Below are positions 49,282 through 63,000 of a stretch of 64,000 bases of DNA, one piece after another. Both the position numbers and the translations under genes were made by a program. The notes beneath the pieces are model-generated. The model was not told the origin of the DNA and did not search any database. It saw only the letters and a program-made list of their open reading frames with translations. Source of the DNA: Vicugna vicugna (taxonomy: Eukaryota); contig MU057701.1 of NCBI GenBank assembly GCA_013265495.1, positions 62,001-126,000 of the forward strand, read 5' to 3'. Position 1 is the stretch's first letter. Each line of letters opens with the position of its first letter.

Positions 49282-52200
49282 GATAATGATCATTCCTTCA
49301 TGTACTTGGTCTCATTTGCATCCGTCTGTGGCTTCGCAATTATTCTTCATCAAGTGTTCATCTAGCAAGTGTAGCGTTGACTCTGGACACACTCTGCGGA
49401 CACCCCCATCTTCTCTCCTGAGTCACGCATGCCTCTTCGTTGAGGTTCACTGTTTGTATTTCTTCAAATACATCCTGCTTTGAGTTGAAACCCAAACAGT
49501 TACTGGGATGAAAAAGCAGCAGGTCATTTAATCATTCATGGAGTTGTGCCCGGCATGGGCATGTGCTGGAGAGGACGGTTGGCCTAGCTCCTGCCTGCGT
49601 GGAGCCTGCGTCCCTGCACCCCCAAACTGCAGAGGGCACACTGCAGCTGGTGAGGAGATCGTCCAAAGATGGATAACCCCCTTCCACTGGAGGAGGGGTG
49701 CCAGAAGGAATTCAGTTCTAATCTTGGGAATGTTTCTCTCGAAATGGACATTTCTCACACATCCCATTGGCTGCACTGTGCCCTCGGCATCAGGGTGTCA
49801 GCCCTTTTGGTGTCAGCAGCCCTCGTCCTGTATTTGTTCACGGGTGGAAAATTGGAAATTTTCAAATGCGAAACAGGGAAGATTCCAGATTAGCCTCAAA
49901 AAGAATTAAAAACCAGTAACACAAAAAGAAAACTATTTTGAAAAGCTAAGGGTCAGGCTCAACAAAGTCACCCTTGCTGGCTCCTTTGCCTCCTTTTGGG
50001 GGGCTCCTCTCTGCTCACATGCTCACACTTACGGCCTTATGCCCCTACCACCTCCTCCCTCCCCACCCAGAGCCCCCCCGTCCTGCCCCTCCCCACATGC
50101 TGTACCAGACCACCTGTCCTGCGGTCCCTTTCCTCAAGGCCTTGCTCCAGCCCATGAAGTAGATGACCCAAGTACCAGTGTCCACGAGCTAATATTCTGT
50201 CCCCAAGCTGCCATGGTCACCCTGAATCTGCCCGAAGTTAAGAGTCTTTCCGCTGCCAACACAAGAGCCAGTGGGAGAGTTATTCTGAGAGCACAAGGCA
50301 CACTGAGCGCCCTCAGAGCAGTGTGTGGTCACTGGCTCCAGGGGGGGCCTGAACTTCACTGGGGGCTGGTTGCTTTCACATCTATATACGGCTTCACATT
50401 GCCTAGCAGAGTAGCGGTGTGAAGGATGGCTTACAATGGCTTTATCAGCATGCCCTCGGCCCCCACCAGTGGGCTGCTTTATTTTCTGTGCGTCTGGTTC
50501 AGCTCTGTTTTATTTCCTTTTCGCTGCAAAGCGCCCTTGTGAGCAGCCAGTGACTGTGACTTACCCCTGCGGGGCGACCCCAGAGGCCCCCATCAAATGG
50601 GGCTGGTCCTCCTGGCCCCACGGAAGCCAAGGGGATGACCTGAACACCTGGAGGTAGCCAGGCAGCCCCATCGGCATGTGATACACCACTAATCTCGAGA
50701 TTGCAACTCCCAGCTGTCCTGGAAACCCGTCCCTTCCTCCTCCCACTCACAGCTGACACGTCCGACCCAGGTCAGCTTCTGGCTGGGCTGGCAGGTCATC
50801 ACCAACTCAGAAGATGGTTCAGCCTGACATGGTCCTGTACTTCCCGGCACATACATCCTCCCCGTCGTGCCCAGATCCTGGCTGTGGGCCTGGCCCCCGT
50901 GGCCGCCTCCTCCGCATAGACCCACATCGCTTCATCCCTTGTGCCTCCCATCTCTGGAGAGGCAGCCCAGGTGGTGGTTATGAGCAAAACTCTGTAGCCA
51001 TCCTGCTTGGCATCCCCCTTAGTAATTGTCTGATGGGCGCTGAGTTGTTTGTGTCTCCCTGTGTCTCCGTTTCCTCGTCTGTAAAAGGAGATCGTCGTAA
51101 TGGTGCCTGCTGCACAGGGCTGCGGGGAGGACTGGACGTGAATCTGTCTGGAGCGTTAGAGCCTCCCACGCAGGGAGTGTTAGCTCTCATTACAAGGGTG
51201 GGAGCACAGGACACAGTCCCCCTGTGACCAAGCAGAGGGTAACACTGCAGTGAGAGAGCACAGTAGGGTTTTTCTCTCCTTTAGCCCTTTTTGAGAAAGG
51301 GGGCCATGTGTCAGCTGATTGGGGGATTCCTGGTGTGAATAATTAATGAACCAACCTCAGCATCGAGGAACAGAGCTGAATGGGGGCGTGCGGGCACCCC
51401 GGCAGGCTTAGATGGCTGTTCTGAAAATAGGAATTCAGTATTCACACGAAGGAACAGCTGAGCAGCGTGGGAGGAAGACCAGAGAACTGCCAAGGCCCAG
51501 CTTGCCCCACCCACAGGCACAGCTGCCCCCGGTCCAGCTCTGCTGGCCGAAAAGTCAGAGACCCCTGGAGGATGAGTGCCGGGGGGACAGTCCCCAGCCG
51601 GCCGGCCCCTCTGCAGCCGGGGAAGCTCCAGGCCGGCCCCGGGCCGCTGCACAGTGAACGTCTGTTGAAAGAATGAGGGTAAAATTGTAACACGTGGATG
51701 ACTTGGAGCCTGGGTCACTCTGGCCGCAGAGGCTCCACATCTACCTGACCCTGCCCTGAAATGATGAGCAGTGCCCCTTGCTGTGGGTGGCGGAAGGGTC
51801 TCTAAGGGTTTGCTTAGGTAGGGGGCTCCCTGCGGGGCAGGCCTGTAGACAGGATACAGTTCAGGGAACACAGAGTAAGGCGTTAGACTCAGCTTCAGCA
51901 AGAGCTGCTGGATGTCCCTCCTCTGCACCTGCGTCTCCCCCGCCGTCACACACTCACACACCCCTGGCGGGTCCAAGGCCCTGTCCACGGCGCACCCTGA
52001 CTCCCGCAGGAGCCTCCTGCCTGGTCTACTGACCTGAGCCTAGCGGGGTGTTACCCAAACCATAACCATGCACTCATGGTGTTTACAGCCTAATTAGGGA
52101 GACAAGATGTACACACAAGAATGAAGTAAAGATCAGCTCTCAAAAACTCTTCATGAGCTGATGCCAGGGAAACCCACACTGTCAATCTCTGCCATCCACC

Positions 52201-52644
52201 AGTATCTAGAAGCAGTGGCTACTGCGGCTACATTTGAATGACTGATTGTTTAAAGCCCTGAGCTTTTCCTCCGGCCTGTTGTGTGCTCCGGCGGTGAAAT
52301 TGCGGTTCGGCTAAAATGCTAACTCACATGAGCAAAGGCCAAACCCATCTGCTTTCACAGTCTGTCCGCGTTCCGAGAACACATCACAGGGAGCGAGGCT
52401 GAGCCTGCAGGGAGTACGCAAGTGGTGCTTTTGGCCCTAAGAAAGCAGAACTGGATGTCTCCCCAAGATGCTTTTTTTTTTTTTAAAAAAAAAAGCTAAT
52501 TCAATAAATATATTGCAGAGAGACCTATTCTAGGCAGGAGAAGGGAACGTACAATGTGGTTCTAAAGAACTGAAAGAGCTAGTGATGGGCTTAGGCAGAG
52601 GGGGAAGTGGCAAAAAAAAAACCAGATATAATGCAGATGATAAA

Positions 52645-52663
52645 TACACACACACACACACAA

Positions 52664-52699
<36 letters not shown>
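52645..52699. repeat. Interrupted (CA)n microsatellite
   Basis: Visible directly in the sequence. Confidence 0.95.
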
Positions 52700-52701
<2 letters not shown>

Positions 52702-54681
52702 ACGAGTGAGGGCCAAAGCGCGCCCCAAGCACTCTTCTGGTTACTTCACGTGCATTTTTTAAAGTCCACAGTGGCTGCTTGAGATGGGTCCTAGTTATCA
52801 GACCCATTTTACAGAAGAGGAACGTGAAGCCCAGAGAGGTTAAGTAACGATTTCCGGGTGGGCAACACCATGCAAACCGAGCCAATTGGAAGAGCATAGA
52901 TGTGAGCCATGCAGGGGGACTTCTTGGAGGAGGAGGGCAGGAGGCTGTGGTCTGATGGAGAGAAGGATGGAAAGGGGAGATCAAAAATATACAGAAGTCA
53001 GTAAACAGGGGGGAGGGGAAGGACTGACTCTTCTCTGGCACCCTCTGCATTGATTTCCACATAATCATCTCGCTTAATCCTCATGGCAACTCCTCGGAAT
53101 AGAAGCCACAGTTCACATCTTACAGGTGGGGAAACTGAGGCCCAAGTTAACTGACCAGCTTCCAGTTACGTAACTCTTAAGCACCACAGCGAGGTTTCTC
53201 CAATAGTTCTGACCTCACCAAAGAGGTGGCCTGGCTGGGGGTGCACGACCTTCTCCCTTTATGGCTTCCTTCAAAGCCCACCCCACCGCCAAGAGGAAGT
53301 TTCCGTCCCTCAGCTGAGTCTGAGGCCGATGAGACCAGAGGCTCTTCTGGAACTCTCCTGGAACCGTTTCTGGAAGCCTCTCTCCCGCCTTCACCTGACT
53401 TTTTTTTTTTTTTTTTTTTTTGCTGTAGGTGGAGGAAGAAAAATAGCACCATGGTTCTCAGAACCCGGCAGGTACGGAGAGGCCCCAGAGGAAGGAGAAA
53501 CCTGGTGGGCAGGGCTGGGTGGCCCTGGGGTTCACCCTGCACCCACTGGCCAGCCCTGGCTGGGGGCCCCCCAGAAGCCAAAAACAATCGAAATTCCATG
53601 AGTGCGGGTGAATCCCAGGGAGTGCAGGGAGGGAGAGTTTAAGGCTGGCCAGGCGAGGCGAGCATCATGTAGTGACTAAGGACCCTGGTCGAACAGAAGG
53701 GCTGAGTTCTTTGGCCACGGGCAGCCCAGGGAGGAAAGGTTGGACTTGAGTGGGGCAGAGGGCTATGGGGTATGTTTTTACTTCTTTTGAAAATGTATAA
53801 AAAATAACACTGGATTCTTGTAGCTAATACAGATAAGAGAAAGAAAATCTCCCCCATCCCAAGGTAACCACTGTCATACTTGAAATGCTTGATAACTTGC
53901 TTACTTCACTTAACTGTCATTACTTTGTGATCTTTTCACGATGGGACAATGCAGCCCTCGTATCAGGCTCCACTGGGATGTGCAGCTGGTCACCTAAAGC
54001 AGGAATAGCAAATGCCGAAACGTGCATACTTCAAACATTTTAGTGTACCTTAGAGCCTATAAATGCCCAACATTCAGGAAGGATGAGGTCTTCTCTCTCA
54101 GGGCCCTACCCATTTCTTGCATAAACTACACCCATTGTGCCCGACTTAAATTTGCCAATTTGGGTTTCTCTGAACAGAATAAAATACTCACAAAGCAACC
54201 TGAATGCAAAGTCCTTCTGGAAGTTGGCAATACCTTCTAGTGTTCTCTGGTTGCCTTGCCCACACCTAGCTCTAGAGCCACTTAAAAAAATAAACTCATT
54301 CTTATTCTCTTTCTTAAAACATTCTATTTTGTCTTCATTGAAACAACTCTATTCTTTGCACTTGTATTTCTTCAGTGTTATGTGGCATTTGCTAAATGAC
54401 TTAACTGAAAAACAATATAGCAGCATCGAATGTTTGCGGAGCGAATTGGCTGACTTGCGGCAAGTCCCAGTGAGAACACAATTGCACAGAGTTACGAGAA
54501 AATAGGAATTTGAAGAAAATAAGATGTTCAGCATGGGAATTATTCCATGTTCAGCCATGGGAATAATTTAGCGTTTTGCGGAGGGGAAAAAAAATGGTCG
54601 GTTAATCCAGTAGGTCCTTTGGTGGACATCAGCTAAAGAAGATTCCACTACAAAATATAGATCTTTCCACAGAATTATTTT

Positions 54682-54942
54682 ATTTTTTAAAATACATTTT
54701 TATTGAAGTACAGTCAGTTGACAATGTTCTGTCAATTTCTGTCGTACAGCACAATACTTCAGCAATACAGGAACATACATATATTCATTTTCATATTCTT
54801 TTTAACCATAAGTTACTATAAGATATTGAATATAGTTCCCTGTGCTATACAGTATGAACTTGTTGTTTATCTATTTTATGTATATGAGTCAGTATCTGCA
54901 AATCTCGAACTCCCAATGTATCCCTTCCCACCCCCTTCCCCA
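54682..54942 (-). mobile_element. Young L1 3' end, same family as 22358-22758, with probable TSD
   Basis: tattgaagtacagtcagttgacaatgtt...aatatagttccctgtgctatacag; aattatttt is repeated at 54673 and 54946. Confidence 0.85.
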
Positions 54943-57900
54943 CACAATTATTTTTAAGAGCTGTATAATATTCCACTTTGATCCAGGACATACTAAGGAA
55001 GAAACAAGGCTTTTTACAATCTAATCTTGGAAGTCACACACTGTCACTTCCACCATTCTCTATTTCTTACAAGCAAGTCACTAAGTCCGGTGCCTACTCA
55101 AGGGGAGAGGAATTAAACTCCACTTTGGATTTAGGGTATTTTGAAAACACCATACCGCAGGTAGGTGAGCCTTCCAGGGCCCTGCTGCTGTAAGAGAGAG
55201 AGGCAAGAAGCCACTTCAGCTGCTTTTTTGATGCAGGGATACTCTCATTCTAAAACGCGTTTCAAGAAGACAAATTACTGCTTCGTATCTTTTTCTCTTC
55301 TATTTATAATCAAGGCTCTTATTATAAAATGCATACTTGTTGAAAATTTGGAGACTATAGAAAAAATGATGCTCAGTTACAGAGTTCTCATGACTGGAAA
55401 GGAGGAAGCACATATGCTCTTCCAGGAATGAAAGCCTTTCCTCACACTGGATTCCAAAGGAAATTTCTCAGGTGTGATTTTATAAAATAAAAGAGAGACT
55501 GAGCAATATAAGAAATGATGTTCTCAACAATGTTTTGGGCTTTTTATAGCAATAAATGCAGCAGCACATTTCACATGGTGCCCTGTTTTTCGGTGACCTC
55601 TAGCAAGTTAAGGGGCTAACGTTGAAATGCAACATCATGAAAGTGACCGAGAAAAAAGATAAATAAACCCAAATCTCCAGGTAAGTAGCCGATTATCTGG
55701 TCCAACTTGGTCCAAGAATTTAGAATTCCTGGAGGAAAAAAACAAACAAACAATGAGATTCAAAGTTTTATCTATCAATTTGGCAAAGAGTAAGCCTTCT
55801 TTAAAGATTAAAACCCAATTTTGGCAAGAGTTGAGGACGCCAGCCTTCTCAGACACTGCGGTAGGAATATAAATTGGTACAATCCTTCTGGAGGGCAATT
55901 TGGCATGAAGTAACAAAAGCCTTAAAAATGTGCTTACACACAGCAATTCTAGCTGCGGGGGATTATTTTTTCCCTACGAAAATAATCAAAAATGCACATG
56001 AAGGCTAATGTACTAGGATTTGGTTCCGCTCAGACACATTGGTTTGCAATAAATATACACATGGACCCACCTAGGACCTGGAAATCTCTGGATTCTAGGC
56101 AGTTCCAAGAGGTGGATTTTTTTTTTCCTGTCACTCATGTTAGCATCTCAGCTTCTCTGTTTCTTTCAAGATCTTTTATTTTGAAATCACTTGACTCAAA
56201 AGAATTTGCAAAAATAATACAGAGCTCCCACATACCCATCACCCAGTGTTCCCCATGATGCCGTCTTACATAACCACGGCACATCATCAGATCAGGACAT
56301 CGACCTAGCAAAGCACTGCTCACCAAAGTACAGACCATACTCAGATCTCACCAGGCTTTACATGCTCCGTGTGTGTGTGTATGTGTGAGAAATTCTCTGA
56401 AATTCTAATACACACATAGATTCATAAAACCACCACCAGAGTTGAGATCTAATCAAGAGCTATTCCATCCGGAAAGAAATATTCACTCATGCTCCGTCAT
56501 AGTCACCCTCTCCCCCGACGACAGTCCCTAGCAACGCTGCTCTTTCCCCACCACTATAATTTTGTCACTTCAAGAGTGTTACATAAACGGAAGCCCACAG
56601 GATGGAAACTTCTGACTGTGCTTTTTGCTTCTTCTGTCTGTTTTCTCAAACTGTAAGGCGATCACACCTCTGCCTGTCTCCTCCACAGCGGGTCTCTCCT
56701 GGAACGCCTCCCCCACCCAAGAAGGGAGACCAGTGGGCTCAGGCTCTTTCAGGTCAGGCCATGTCCTTGGTCACCAACAAGCCCGTGGGGTGGCAGCTGG
56801 GGGAGTCAAGTGCCCACATCTGGTCCAGTCATCTGTGACTGAGGGGAGTAGCCATTTGACTGAAAACGGCCACCTCAGCCCACCCTGTTGTCAAAGAGAT
56901 GAGCAGAGAAAGGCCTCCTCTGAGCAGAGGCCAGGGCCGGGCATGGGCTTTAACTGGTGTAGCTGCCCCCCAACCCATGGGAAAAACGGTTCACGTCCGC
57001 GGCCTGCCTGAGAGCCATTCTGTGTTCTTCTTTGCCAACCGAACTCAGTCTGGGGCTGATCTGGCGGTAACCATGTGCTCCCAGGGTCCTCCAGTGCCCC
57101 GGGGGGTGGATGTCCACGGTGTAAGCCAGTCACGGGAATTCCATTCTCCTTTGCCCAGGGCTGGTTTAGGCGAGAGCCTGAGACACCGTGAATCCTGTGA
57201 ACCGTCTCAGACAACCTTCCGAAGGCCTGTGCAAACCACCCTGGGCTGGGGGGGTGGCGGGGTGCGGTGAGGAGAGAACAGCTCCACATCAAAGGGCTCC
57301 TGAGGGTTTTTCAGGTCTGAGGGAGCCTCTTTCTGTGTGATTTTTCCAGAAGTTCTTAGCCAGAGATCATTGACAAAACCCGCTGCTGCAGCAAGAACAA
57401 TTTATGGCAAAACAAAACAGCACACACACACACACACACACAAAACCCCACAAACTCATAAACTAACTTTGAAGAGAAGATTCCAGGCCAGAGAGGAGGT
57501 GTTGGGAAATGTTATTCGGCTGGGAAAACACAGAGTCATGGTTCTGGGGAGTCAGGAGGGGCTTTGGGTCCCAAAGGCCCTGAGTGGTTTCTGTGTCTCT
57601 GTGAAGGTTCCCGTCCCCTCCCCAGGCACCTGGCGCTCACCTGTCCCCTGGCTTTGATTCAAAAGGAGCAGAACACTGTCCCCTTGTCCGGGGAACGGTG
57701 GATGGTGTTGGTGCCTGGTGATACGGTGACTATGTAACTAATTGTCCACACCAGGTCACGTATAAAAGTGAATCAGAGATCTATTAATCCTGCTGCCGAG
57801 GAGGACGTAAACCAGGGCCTCCCAAAGCAGACGGGGCTGAAAGGCCCCCTGGCAATCTGTGCCCTTCTGGCGAGAGCTGCCATCTGCCCCACCCCTCCCA

Positions 57901-59394
57901 CCCCACCCTTTGGGAAGTGTCGTAATGCTGAGGCTGAGAAACCCTCAGAAGCCTGAGGCGCTAGGGTTTGTCCCCCTCCAGGGAACTTGCGGCTGCCTCC
58001 TCCTCCCCCTGGGGAAGGTCGGGGTGGGGGGCGGTCTGCATCCTCCCCTGACAGCATGAGAATAAAGGAGTAATTTAGAGATTCTCTGTCCTCTGTGGTT
58101 GTCCTGACTTATCAGTGGAAAAACTGCTTACCCTCCTACAAAGACCATCACTTCTGAAGTTTAGGGAAGATACCAGATGGTTCTGACCCAAGGCAAGACT
58201 CTTCCGACTGTAGTCATAGGTGGCTGGCATTCAGCGATGCCAACAGACTGACAGGAGACACCGCAACCGGGAGAGATGTAAGCTAACATCCCTAACCCTT
58301 CCTTCTAGGTGGAGTAACCACCTCCCTCCCCAGCCCCCACCCTCCCAGGGGGCCCTAGAGGGGTCCTGGCGCATCCGTACCAGTAGGCCAATGGTGCCCA
58401 GAGGGCATGCTTCCCCGCGTTCCCTCCCTGCCTCTCCCGTGCTCCCGGGCTGCCAACGCCTGCTCTCACGAACGTGTCTGGCACTTTAGTAGATGAACAA
58501 TCTAGAAACACTCCCCTCCCTGTGAGGTTTTATAACTGAACATGCATCAAAATCTAAATAATAGTAATAAAAAGTTGCTACTTTTTGCCAGATCCTGTGC
58601 TGCACACTTTGAATATATTGACTCTTTTATTCTCTCAACAGACCCTCGAGGTGGTGTTATGTAGGCATTACATGCATTTTTCAAATAATGAAACCAGAAC
58701 TTAGAAGGATCGTGTAATTTACCCAAGTCACCCAGTGGCAGACAGAGGAAATTTAATCTCAGACCCATCTCACACCAGGGCTCATGCTCACACTTCTCTG
58801 TGGATAATGGACTCGTCCCTTTAACCGAGCGGACCACCCGTAATTATCAGCATCTTGAAAAAGGGCGGGAAACACAGTCTGAGCTAAACTTTCTCCTACC
58901 AACGCACAGAAGACCCGCCAGGAAATTTTAGACATTTGCCAGTAGGTGATAATGACTGAAAGAAAGGAGATTTTATTTTTTCTATCCCCATATATGAGCA
59001 GAATCTATGACCTTTGCAAGTGATGGCTGATGTCATTTTTAATCAAGATTTCCAGAATCTAGAGGCTTTCAGGTAACCTGAAGCAGGTCCTTTATTTTAT
59101 TTATTTATTTATTTTTTTTGAGAGGCCAATTTGTCGTGCCCAGAGGGAGACCCACTTGCTAGAAGCAAGCCCAGGTGAATCCTGCAGACCTTTGCCTACT
59201 GTGAAGGGACAGCCAGAGCCGCTGGCAAAGCAGCATTGCTAGGATTTCTGGGACCAGCTCTGCCCATTGCTGATTCCCATTTCCACCTTTGCTACCCATC
59301 TCCTCAGACTCCTCGTCCTGGAAATCAGCGTCATATGCTTCCCACCAACTAGGATGGCGATGGTTAAAAAAAAAATTAATTAGTTTTAAAAATG

Positions 59395-60045
59395 GAGAGA
59401 ATGTGGAGAAATTGGAGCCTTTATACATTGCTGAGGGGAATGTAAAACAGCTTAGCCACTGTGGAAAAGTCTGTCAGTTTCTCAAAAAGTTTAACATTGA
59501 ATTATCGTAAGATCCAGCAATTCCACTATGAGGTATGTGCCCCACGGAATTGAAAACAGGTGTCCAAATAAATACACGTCCATGCACGTTCATAATCGCA
59601 CTGTTCACAATAGCCAAAAGGTGGAACAGCTCAAATACCTGTCAGCTGGTGAACGGATAAACAGACTGCGATATGATGGAATATTAATCATAAACAAGAA
59701 TGAAGTATTGACCCATGCTACAGTGTGGATGAGCCTTGAAGATATAATACTAAGTGTTAGAAGCCAGACAAAGGGCGGTATATTGGAAGCTTCCATTTGT
59801 ATGAAATGTCCAGAAGAGGTAAGTCCACCGAAACAGAAAGCAAACTGGTGGTAGCCAGGGGCTGGGAAGAGGGGGACCGGGAAGCAATTGCTTTTAATAG
59901 GTACAGGGTTTCCTTTAAGGGTGATGAAAGTGTCTTGGAACTAAACAGAGGTGGTGCCTGCACAATATTGTGAATGTACTTCCAAATTGTTCACTTAAAA
60001 ATGGTTTATTTATGTGATGTGAACTTCACCTCAATAATAAAAAAT
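59395..60045 (+). mobile_element. L1MB-like 3' end
   Basis: gagaatgtggagaaattggagcc...gatccagcaattccact...ggtacagggtttcc...ggtgcctgcacaatattgtgaatgtact...caataataaaaa. Confidence 0.85.
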
Positions 60046-63000
60046 TCTTATTTAAAACTGCTAGTGACATAGTTCTACCAGCCTGGGCATTGTACAAACA
60101 ATTCTTCTGTTAACGTCTGTGTGGCAAGCATCTGCTGATTTGCTGAAAAACATCTGCCCCTTCTTCCAGCGTCTGTTCCCAGGTTTTCCTCTGAGGACCC
60201 GTTGCCACCATCCTCTCTCAGTCCAGATGCCAGTTACATAAGTCAGTTAATCCCCTTGCCTGGTTTTCTCTCACTTGCCACCAGAACACTCCTGACTGCT
60301 ACAGTCAGTTTTATGTTTCTGTGGAGCAGACCCTAGTTTATGTCTGAGTCCACTTCAGGAGATGGTTCATGTTGCAATTTGAAAATTCTAGCTTCCAGCT
60401 TTCTGCCTCAATCTAAACAGAAAACTTCAAGTTTCAAGTTACATTAAGAATGTTGTTTTTTTATGATTGGTGATGGTTCCCCATCACCAATGTAAATATA
60501 CCTAGCAAACACCAGTGAACTGTACACTTAAAATGGTGAAAATGGTACATTTTGTGTAAAGCATTCTTTAACCTTAATTTAAAATAATAACAGCAAATGT
60601 TATTTTTTCTGATTGTAATATTAATATACATATATTCATAGTAAAAAATTTTTGAACAATATAGAAAAGTATGAAGAATATAATTATCACCCATACCCTT
60701 TCTTCCAGGATTAATAATTGTGCACACTTTGGTGTATTTCCTTGAATCCTTTTTATTTTTCACAGCATGTGTATATGTATAATTTTATTTTTTCACAAAG
60801 TAGATCATATTATATAAATATTTTTGTGCCCTGATTTTTATTTAACTAATAAATATATATGTGGTGTTTTTATATATATATGTATATATGTAATTAATAA
60901 TATTTAGAAACTATGAGTATTTTCTGTGTCTCTAAATTGAAAACTTGATTTTTGATGGCTGCATAGTATTCCATTCTGTGGGATATATATATATATATAT
61001 ATACACATATATAAACATGCTTATCCTAACTGATTCCTGTATAGTAGCTGTTTAGGGAGTTTCCTATTCCTCTCTATCATAAATAAGGCTGTGATGAATA
61101 CTGATCACTAGATTCGTAGAAGAGGGATTTCTAGGTCAAAGGTCACTAACAATTTCAATGCTTTTGATACCTGCTGCCAGATTGCCCCCCAGAAAGTTGT
61201 TCTTTCCTCAGACTTTAATCACTGCCTTGGGGAGGGGGTCTGACGCAGCCCAGGACGGAAACCAGAGGGTCTCTTAAGCAGACCTAGGGCTGGAGGACAC
61301 TGTCACGGCTGAAGGGGGCCCATCTGGCCCCCACCCCTCTGGCTGGCTCCTCAGTGACCCACACTGCTTCCTTCCGAGATGCTGCCTGCTTAGAAAACCA
61401 ACCTCCCTCCTGTCTTTCAAAGTTTGTTGTTTTTTGTTTTTCATTAACTTCAAAGCTAGGAAATAGCTATATAAAGTGCAATCTTCTGTCATTTCAGGAG
61501 CCAGGTAAGAGGGGAGGTGGTTGGAGCCTGGGCCTGCTTTCTTTATTCTGAAATGCATGGCCAAGCTCTCCTTTCCTGGCCTCCCTTTCTCCTCACCACC
61601 CCCTCCCGCCACCTTAGTGGGTGCCCTCCCACACCACGTACGGCTGTCTACCCCGCCACTGCCCAGTTAGCTGAGCTGCCCCCTGCCCGGGGAGCATCCA
61701 CAAGCTTGCTGCACTTCCAACCACTGTAGTCGGTCTTCTCATGGAGATGGAATCACTGGATGTTCTCTAAGGAAATGTGCATACGTCACCTGGCCTATTT
61801 AACACCTTAGCCCGTGTGAATCTGCACTGATGCTGGCATGGATTAACTTTTCAAATGAGATTGTTGTCTCCCTGAGGCCCAAGGGCACGAGTCACCAGGC
61901 AGAGAATTTTTCCTGGGATCAGCAGAGAGCAAGAAAAAGTCTCTGACTATCGGGCTGCAATCACTACCTTCTGCAAAGATTCTCCTCCAACCACCTGCTT
62001 CCTGAGTCCTGCAGGGACCTGTCCAGGTGTTTGAGGGCCATCTTCCCGGGGCCACCTTCAGTCTTTTCCTGCCACGGTCTTCTTTCTTCTGCCTGCCCTG
62101 CCCCTGCTGTGTTCAGCCCCAACCAGGACCCTCATTTTAATGCCATTTCCTTTAACACCCAGCAACTTTCTCAGCGGTCAGAATGGAGAAGAGTCTTCAT
62201 TTGGTTGACGGGTTCCCCTGCCCTTGGAACTGTTTTATAAGCAATGATCTAGTTGCCAAGGGGACAAATTATGAGAGCAGAGGCTGAACAGCTGGTCTTG
62301 GGGGACAGGGAGGGCAGCTTGGAGAACGGCCAGTGGGGGGAATACAGGCGCCTGCTCGGTCACCCGGCAAGGACATGAACGGCCGTGTGAACACTCCCAG
62401 GCTTCACACTCCGCTGCATCAAGAGGAGGAGAGAGCACATCCAAACTGAAGAAAAGATGTCAGTTCTTAGCAGGCCTCATTGGAAAACCTGACAAGCCAC
62501 TTGGTGGACTGTGTGGAGGAGAGGGACACGAGCTGGGAGTGCGGAAAGCAGCTCAGACTGACCTGAGAGAGAGGAGATAGAAAAGGAGGGGTGTGGTGAG
62601 GTCTGAAAGACAGGGGGTTGGGTGAGGCAGACCCAATGTCCCAGTCAACCCTTCCTTCACCAGCAAAGTCAAGTCCAGGAGGAGAGGAGGGAAACTTACG
62701 GGGTTGAATCCACGCATCCGTGGGCAAGAAAGAGCAGGTGAGTTAGCCATCTCACCTGGCGGTTCAGCACAGCCCGCCTTCTAGGTCCTGCCGACCAGCT
62801 AGCCAGGAAGCATCGCTGATTGGCCCAGCATCCCCCTTGAGGAAGAACAGAGACTCAGTCTCTTGCTTCTTGGAGCCCAGTATCCTTTGAGCCCTGAATA
62901 TTCTCGTGGCCAGTGACCCTGTCACCCCAGCCTTCTTTGTTTGCCCAGTCATCCGAAACGTGTGGTTCCCAAACAGCTCCCTGAGTTCCCTGCTGAGACG

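Larger units (their letters stand above)
42990..49300 (+). other. PRKCA: PRKCA long 3' UTR (~6.3 kb)
   Basis: Repeat-poor stretch after the stop codon, ending at AATAAA with U/GU-rich sequence downstream. Length is in line with the known long PRKCA 3' UTR; the end is approximate. Confidence 0.75.

Noticed and set aside
51311..51988. 225-aa minus-strand ORF downstream of PRKCA
   Set aside because: Low-complexity Pro/Ala/Gly/Arg composition, no homology I recognise, and no promoter or exon support.
61465..61510. TATA box, Inr-like sequence and strong donor (cag|gtaaga) as a promoter
   Set aside because: The spacing would give a first exon only a few nucleotides long, and there is no CpG island or other support.
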